Shown piece by piece: positions 58,294 to 64,000 of a stretch of DNA of 64,000 bases. Location of the stretch: contig CAWKBC010000027.1 in assembly GCA_963847705.1 (NCBI GenBank), positions 320,001 to 384,000 of the forward strand. The letters are read 5' to 3'. A program made the translations under genes and the position numbers. The notes beneath the pieces are model-generated. The model saw only the letters and a program-made list of their open reading frames with translations, was not told where the DNA came from and did no database searches. Every line of letters begins with the position of its first letter. Position 1 is the stretch's first letter. This DNA comes from an uncultured Pseudomonadota bacterium (GTDB lineage Bacteria; Myxococcota_A; Polyangia; Fen-1088).

Positions 58294-60714
58294 TCAGGTG
58301 GTGGCTTCGCGCGCCCCGGCGCAGATGCGCTTGATCCGCTCGATGTTGGGCGGCTTGGCCAGGTGCTGATCGAACCCCGCCGCGCTGGCCCTGGCCAGGT
58401 CCTCTGACTGGGCGTACCCGCTGAGCGCGACGAGGAGCGTGGAACGAAATGCGCCGTCGGCCCGAAACGCGCGCGCCACCTCGTAGCCGTTCATCCCTGG
58501 CAGGCCGATGTCGCAGAACACGACATCGGGCTTGAACAGGCGCGCCGCGGCCAGCGCCTCGGGCCCGTTGTGCGCCACCGCGACCTGGTGTGTGTGGATC
58601 TCCAGCGCGGCGCGCAGCCCATCGGCGACGTCGCAATCGTCGTCGACGATGAGCACCCGCCGGCCGGGCTGCGGCGGGCTCTCGGCGCGCGCGCTCTCAG
58701 CCGCGGTGGCGCGCTCCGCCTGGAGCGGAAGTCGCACCGTGAGCTCCGCCCCCTGGTTGCGTCCGGCGCTGTAGGCGCTCACCTCTCCCCCATGCAACTC
58801 GACCAGCCCCTTGACGAGCGCCAGGCCGAGCCCGAGCCCGCCGCTGTTCCGATCGAGCGTGTCGTCGCCCTGCATGAACGGTTCGAACAGGTGCTCGATC
58901 AGGACGGCGTCGATTCCCGCGCCGTCGTCCGACACCTGCAGGATCGCCTGGGCGGAGCTCGGGTCGGCGGAGACCGAGACGCTGACCGCGCCTCCGGGTG
59001 GGCTGAACTTGATGGCGTTCGACAGCAGGTTGGTGATCACCTGGGAGATCCGCGCGCCGTCGGCGCTCACCATGACCGGAGCTTTCGGCACCCGAAGCTC
59101 CAGCCGCACGCCGCCAAGCTCCAGGTGGGAGCGGTTGTCCTGGATGGTCTCCCGAACGACCTGACTGAGATCGAGCGGGCGTCGCTGCAGCTCGATCTTG
59201 TTTCGCGAGATGCGCGTCACGTCGAGGAGATCGTCCACCATGCGGACGACGTGACCGACCTGGCGGTCGATGACCTCCCGCGCCTTGACGACCGCCGGGC
59301 TCCCCGGCGTGCCGTGCTCGAGCACGTAGAGGGTGGTCCGAATGGCGGCCAGCGGGTTGCGCAGCTCGTGGGAGAGAACCGCGATGAACTCGCTCTTGCG
59401 GCGATCCGCCTCGCGCAGCTCGTCGACCAGCCGCCGCTGTGCCGTGATGTCCTCGCTCATCACCAGGAGCTGGTCCACCAGGCCGTTCGAGCCGAACAGC
59501 GGGACGACGGTCCATTGCCGCACGAAGTGTGGCCGGCCCGGCAGGTCGTTGGCCAGCTCGTACGTCTGCGGTTCGCCCGTCTCGATCGCGCGCTCGCCGT
59601 GCCTGCGCAGGGGGGCCCAGATGGCGTCGGGCCACAGCTCCTCGCCAAACTTTCCCAGCAGCTGCTCCTTCGGGATCTTCAGCTTCACCGAGCACTGCAG
59701 GGAGAGCGCGGGGTTGAGATAGAGGAGGCGGAACTCCCGGTCGTAGAGGACCAGGTTGATCGGGATGTTCTCCACCGTGGTCCGAAAGCGCTCCTCGGAT
59801 TCGCGCAGCTTCTGGGCGTACGCCGCCCGCGCGTTCAGGGTGGCGGCCTCCTCGGCCCAGCGTGCCCGTTCGATGGCGTCGGCGCACTGCAGAGCGAGCA
59901 GCTCCAGCAGCTCGAGGCTGTGGCTGGGCAGCTGGTGCACCCTGCGGAAATAGGTGGAGAGCAGGCCGACCACCTTCCCCGAGCGGCTGCCGAGCGGCGT
60001 CGTCTGAATCGCCAGGACGCCCGCCGCGCGCATCGCCTCGCGATCGGAGGACTCCGCGTCAGGCCGGACACTCGCGAAATGATCGGCGACGGCCGGCGCG
60101 AACCCCCGCTGCGCGGTCAGCTTCAACTCGCCCGAGACCGGGTCCCTCAGCTGGATGCTGGCCATGTCGGCGCCGACGATGGAGACCGCCGCGTCGACCA
60201 CCTCTTCGAGCAGAGCCGGGAGATCGCCCTCCCGCACGAAACGGGTGGCGATGGCGTGCAGCCGGGTCATGGCGGCCAGCTCTGCCACCAGGCGCTCCTC
60301 GGCGACCTGCAGCTCGTCCTGCGCCCGCTTCCGCTCGGTGATATCGGAGATCACCGCGGTCACGGTCCCTCGGTTGGAGGGGAAGGCCGACACCTTCAAG
60401 TACTTCTTGAGGTGCTCGACGTACATCTCCGTGTGGGCCGCCTCGTCGCTGCGGGCGACGCTCCCGAGCAGCGCGAAGCAGGCGCTGTCGGGACCGTTGA
60501 GCTCCGACAGGCGATGCCCGATCCGGCTTGCTCTTTGAATGCCGAGGATCTCTTCGTAGGCTGGGTTGATGTCGAGGAACAGGTAATCGACCGGAGTTCC
60601 GGCGGCGTCGACGACGACCTCCAGCAGCGCCGCTCCGTCGCTCAGCGATTCGAACAGGCGCTGATATTTCTCCGCGCTGATCCGAAGCTCCGAATCGAGA
60701 GGATTCGCCGTCAT
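58294..60714 (-). CDS. PAS-GAF-PAS hybrid histidine kinase with receiver
   Basis: [50 protein letters not shown]. Confidence 0.9.
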   Translation of the reverse strand: MTANPLDSELRISAEKYQRLFESLSDGAALLEVVVDAAGTPVDYLFLDINPAYEEILGIQRASRIGHRLSELNGPDSACFALLGSVARSDEAAHTEMYVEHLKKYLKVSAFPSNRGTVTAVISDITERKRAQDELQVAEERLVAELAAMTRLHAIATRFVREGDLPALLEEVVDAAVSIVGADMASIQLRDPVSGELKLTAQRGFAPAVADHFASVRPDAESSDREAMRAAGVLAIQTTPLGSRSGKVVGLLSTYFRRVHQLPSHSLELLELLALQCADAIERARWAEEAATLNARAAYAQKLRESEERFRTTVENIPINLVLYDREFRLLYLNPALSLQCSVKLKIPKEQLLGKFGEELWPDAIWAPLRRHGERAIETGEPQTYELANDLPGRPHFVRQWTVVPLFGSNGLVDQLLVMSEDITAQRRLVDELREADRRKSEFIAVLSHELRNPLAAIRTTLYVLEHGTPGSPAVVKAREVIDRQVGHVVRMVDDLLDVTRISRNKIELQRRPLDLSQVVRETIQDNRSHLELGGVRLELRVPKAPVMVSADGARISQVITNLLSNAIKFSPPGGAVSVSVSADPSSAQAILQVSDDGAGIDAVLIEHLFEPFMQGDDTLDRNSGGLGLGLALVKGLVELHGGEVSAYSAGRNQGAELTVRLPLQAERATAAESARAESPPQPGRRVLIVDDDCDVADGLRAALEIHTHQVAVAHNGPEALAAARLFKPDVVFCDIGLPGMNGYEVARAFRADGAFRSTLLVALSGYAQSEDLARASAAGFDQHLAKPPNIERIKRICAGAREATT

Positions 60715-60742
60715 GGAGCGGAATAGTACCGCTCTCGCAGCG

Positions 60743-61726
60743 TCAAGGAAGCAGGACCGCGGCTCCCTCGATGCGACCGTGTCGAAGATCATCAAGCGCC
60801 TCGTTGGCGCGTGCCAGCGGATAGGCCGCGGTCTGGACCCTGACCGGAACGCGCGGCGCCAGCGCCAGGAACTCCTCGGCGTCGCGTCGGGTCAGGTTGG
60901 CCACCGATCGGACCGTCCGCTCGCCCCAGAGCTCTGCGTAGGGGAACGACGGAATGTCGCTCATGTGGATCCCCGCGCAGACGACCGTCCCCCCCTTGGC
61001 GACGACCCGCAGTGCGGCCGGGACGAGAGCCCCGACCGGCGCGAAGATCAGCGCGGCGTCGAGCGGCTCGGGAGGCGCGGCATCCGAGCCGCCGGTCCAG
61101 ATCGCGCCCAGTCCGCGCGCGAACGCCGCCGTCGCCGCGTCGCCGGGACGGGTGAAGGCGTAGATCGCGCGCCCCTCGTGGCGCGCCACCTGCGCGATGA
61201 TGTGAGCGGCGGCGCCGAACCCGTAGAGGCCGATCCGCCTGGCGTCGCCGGCCGCCCGCAAGGCGCGGTAGCCGATGAGGCCGGCGCAGAGGAGCGGCGC
61301 CGCCTCTTGGTCCGAGTACTCCACCGGCAGCGGGAAGCAGAAGCGGTGATCGGCCACCACCAATTCGGCGAAACCGCCGTCCAGGTGATAGCCGGTGAAG
61401 CGGGCCCGGTCGCAGAGGTTCTCGCGCCCCGACCGGCAGAACGGGCAGACGCCGCAGGTCCAGCCGAGCCAGGGGACGCCGACCCGATCGCCGACGGCGA
61501 ACCGGTCGACCCGATCTCCCTTCTGCACGACGACGCCGACGATCTCATGCCCGGGCACGAGGGCCTGCTTCGGATCGGCCAGCTCGCCGTCGACGATGTG
61601 GAGATCCGTCCGGCAGACCGCGCAGGCGCTGACGCGGATGAGGAGCTGATCCTCGCCCGGCCTGGGCGGTGCGATCTCGGTCGCGGCCAGCGGTCGCCCG
61701 GGACCCTCGAGGACCATCGCGCGCAT
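60743..61726 (-). CDS. Zinc-dependent alcohol dehydrogenase
   Basis: CRTDLH, PGHEIVG, CGVCPFC..C, PLLCAGLIGYR, GLYGFGAAA. Confidence 0.93.
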   Translation of the reverse strand: MRAMVLEGPGRPLAATEIAPPRPGEDQLLIRVSACAVCRTDLHIVDGELADPKQALVPGHEIVGVVVQKGDRVDRFAVGDRVGVPWLGWTCGVCPFCRSGRENLCDRARFTGYHLDGGFAELVVADHRFCFPLPVEYSDQEAAPLLCAGLIGYRALRAAGDARRIGLYGFGAAAHIIAQVARHEGRAIYAFTRPGDAATAAFARGLGAIWTGGSDAAPPEPLDAALIFAPVGALVPAALRVVAKGGTVVCAGIHMSDIPSFPYAELWGERTVRSVANLTRRDAEEFLALAPRVPVRVQTAAYPLARANEALDDLRHGRIEGAAVLLP

Positions 61727-61745
61727 GACCGTCGAGGTCACCACC

Positions 61746-62324
61746 TCACCCCTTGCGGGCGTTATAGACCGGGCGGCCGCTGGCGGCGAACCGGCGGAAG
61801 CCCTCGAGCGCCTCGGCGCGGAGGAGGCCGTCGCGGACGGCAATGCCGCGGCGGCGGAGCTCGTCGGGCCAGTGGGGATGGAGGGGGCCCTCGTCGAAGC
61901 CGGTCAACGCCTCCATCTCGGGCCCGCTGCCGGCGATGACCACGCTGCGGACGCCCGACCAGCAGATCGCGCCACAGCACATCGCGCAGGGGGCCCAGTT
62001 GACGACGATCTGGCAAGCGGGTTGGCCGGGACCGCCCAGATCGTGCCCGCCGATCGCCTGCTGCGCGAGCGACAGCGCCATCACCTCGGCGTGCGCCGAC
62101 GAGCAGCGCCCCGGGACGACGCGGTTGACGCCGATCGACACCACGCGACCGGTCGCCTCCTCGAACACCGCCGCCGCAAACGGCCCGCCGGTGTCGCGGT
62201 CGAAGTTCGTGCGCGCCAGCTCGATGACCCAGCGCATGCGCGCCTCGTCGTCGAGCTGCGCGGGCGCAGCAGCGAGTGACTCACTCGCCCAGTCGGGGAG
62301 GCTCAGCTCGAACCGTGTTGCCAC
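61746..62324 (-). CDS. Zinc-dependent nucleoside/nucleobase deaminase (TadA/guanine deaminase-like)
   Basis: GGPFAAAV, SAHAEVMAL, PCAMCCGA, GFDEG. Confidence 0.85.
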   Translation of the reverse strand: MATRFELSLPDWASESLAAAPAQLDDEARMRWVIELARTNFDRDTGGPFAAAVFEEATGRVVSIGVNRVVPGRCSSAHAEVMALSLAQQAIGGHDLGGPGQPACQIVVNWAPCAMCCGAICWSGVRSVVIAGSGPEMEALTGFDEGPLHPHWPDELRRRGIAVRDGLLRAEALEGFRRFAASGRPVYNARKG

Positions 62325-62470
62325 CGTGTTTCCTTGCTGCTTCTTTCTGTTGCCGTCGCCTCCGACTCTACCGAACTCCGCTTGTGTTCGTCGAGCGCCC
62401 GGTCTAGAAAAAATGAGAAAGCCCGAGGTGAATGGGTAGAGCCGCAGCCGCCGACGATCACCTGGCGGGG

Positions 62471-64000
62471 ATGTCCCCAGCACCGAGGCTCGCGCTGACA
62501 AATGTCAGCAAACGGTATCCAGGAGTTCAAGCCAACGATCGCATCAGCCTGACGGTCATGCCGGGCGAGATCCACGCCGTGCTCGGGGAGAACGGCGCCG
62601 GCAAGTCGACGCTGATGAAGATCATCTACGGCGCGGTGCGCCCCGACGCCGGCAGCCTGGCCTGGAACGGCGCGCCGGTGGCCATCCACAATCCGCGTCA
62701 GGCGCGCGCGCTGGGGATCGCCATGGTGTTCCAGCACTTCGCGCTGTTCGAGACGCTCACGGTCGCCGAGAACGTCTGGCTCGGCATCGACAAGAAGATG
62801 ACCCGCGCCGAGGTGGGGCGCGAGGTCGAGCGGGTGTCGGGCCTCTATGGCCTCGAGCTCGAGGCCGGGCGGATGGTGTCGAGCCTCTCGGTGGGGGAGC
62901 GCCAGCGGGTGGAGATCCTGCGCGCGCTCCTCACCAAACCGCAGCTGCTGATCCTCGACGAGCCGACCGCCGTGCTCACGCCGCAGATGGCGGAGCGGCT
63001 GTTCGTCACCTTGCGCCAGCTGGCCGGCGAAGGCTGTTCGATCGTCTACATCAGTCACAAGCTCGACGAGGTGCGCGCGCTCTGCACGCGCTGCACCGTC
63101 CTGCGCGCCGGGCGTGCCGTGGGCGCGGTCGATCCGCGCCTCGAGACCAACCGCAGCCTGTCGGAGCTGATGCTCGGCGCCGCACCGCCGGCGCCTCCGG
63201 TGCGCGCCGCGCGGATCGGCGAAGCCGCGCTGGAGGTGCGCGGCCTGTCATTGCCGTCGATCGACGAGCTGGGGGTGGCGCTCAAGGAGATCGGGCTTTC
63301 GGTCAGGAGCGGAGAGATCCTCGGCGTGGCTGGGGTCTCCGGCAACGGGCAGGCCGAGCTGCTCGCCGCTCTTTCGGGCGAGGACCGGCGCGCGCCCGCC
63401 GGCAGCGTCCGCCTGTTCGGTCGCGACGTGGCGTCCGCGGCGCCGCGGACGCGCCGCGCGCTGGGGCTCCACTTCATCCCCGAAGAACGGATCGGCCGCG
63501 GCTCGGTCCCGGGCCTGGCGCTGGCCGACAACACGCTCCTCACCCGGCGCGAGCCGGTGGGGAAGGGGGGGTGGTTGCACCGCGGCCGCGCCCGGCGGCT
63601 GGCCGCCAGCTTGATCGCGCGCTTCGGCGTCAGCGCGCGCGGGCCCGACGCGATCGCCGGGAGCCTCTCGGGCGGAAACCTGCAGAAGTTCATCGTCGGC
63701 CGCGAGGTGGGCGCCACGCCCAAGGTGCTGGTGGTGGGGCAGCCGACCTGGGGGCTCGATGTGGGCGCGGCGGCGCTGATTCGCCGCGAGATCGCCGCGC
63801 TCTGCGACGCGGGGGGCGCCGCGCTGATCGTCAGCGAGGATCTGGAAGAGCTGTTCGAGCTCTGCTCGGATCTGGTGGTGATCGCGCGTGGGCGATTGTC
63901 ACCGCGGATCGCGGTTCGCGACGCCAACCCCGCGCTCATCGGTCAGTGGATGAGCGGCCTGTTCGCCGAGACGGCGGGGCCGGAGGTGGCACCGATGGCG
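62471..64000 (+). CDS. Sugar/nucleoside ABC transporter ATP-binding protein (two NBDs), running to the window edge
   Basis: Translated by hand: ANDRISL..GENGAGKSTLMK, LSVGERQRVEI..LILDEPT, ISHKL, GVSGNGQ, LSGGNLQKF, QPTWGLD. No stop seen before 64000. Confidence 0.9.
   Translation, partial: MSPAPRLALTNVSKRYPGVQANDRISLTVMPGEIHAVLGENGAGKSTLMKIIYGAVRPDAGSLAWNGAPVAIHNPRQARALGIAMVFQHFALFETLTVAENVWLGIDKKMTRAEVGREVERVSGLYGLELEAGRMVSSLSVGERQRVEILRALLTKPQLLILDEPTAVLTPQMAERLFVTLRQLAGEGCSIVYISHKLDEVRALCTRCTVLRAGRAVGAVDPRLETNRSLSELMLGAAPPAPPVRAARIGEAALEVRGLSLPSIDELGVALKEIGLSVRSGEILGVAGVSGNGQAELLAALSGEDRRAPAGSVRLFGRDVASAAPRTRRALGLHFIPEERIGRGSVPGLALADNTLLTRREPVGKGGWLHRGRARRLAASLIARFGVSARGPDAIAGSLSGGNLQKFIVGREVGATPKVLVVGQPTWGLDVGAAALIRREIAALCDAGGAALIVSEDLEELFELCSDLVVIARGRLSPRIAVRDANPALIGQWMSGLFAETAGPEVAPMA

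Noticed and set aside
1-64000. Prophage, IS, integrase, defence system, tRNA/rRNA
   Set aside because: No supporting motifs or structures seen in this window.

Overview
High-GC bacterial window, most consistent with a soil myxobacterium (Myxococcota/Polyangia-like): many Gly/Thr-linker lipoproteins, TPR/PEGA proteins, eukaryotic-like Ser/Thr kinases and a TIGR04563-like small protein. It is accessory-type DNA with no rRNA, tRNA, CRISPR array or transposase seen. Main contents: (i) lipoprotein-anchored plant-polysaccharide hydrolases (GH8, GH45, GH11, GH62) and a Tat-exported GH63-like enzyme; (ii) many signalling genes (3 Ser/Thr kinases, several hybrid histidine kinases, a CheB-CheR-HK fusion, 3 ECF sigma factors, two of them in tandem-duplicated sigma/anti-sigma pairs); (iii) a Nit1C / MSMEG_0565-0572-type nitrilase-radical SAM operon with an extra Pnap_2097-like gene, a clear sigma-54 promoter and a divergent activator; (iv) a c-di-GMP-I (GEMM) riboswitch overlapping the RBS of a GLSSIN-repeat/ricin-lectin lipoprotein; (v) a kinase-TPR/PEGA-Cys-repeat lipoprotein trio that looks like a trans-envelope signalling module; (vi) an orphan MinC C-terminal-domain fusion. 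Several frameshifts fall at the same GATCT motif and are probably long-read, methylation-linked errors. All family calls are from motif recognition only; no searches were run.
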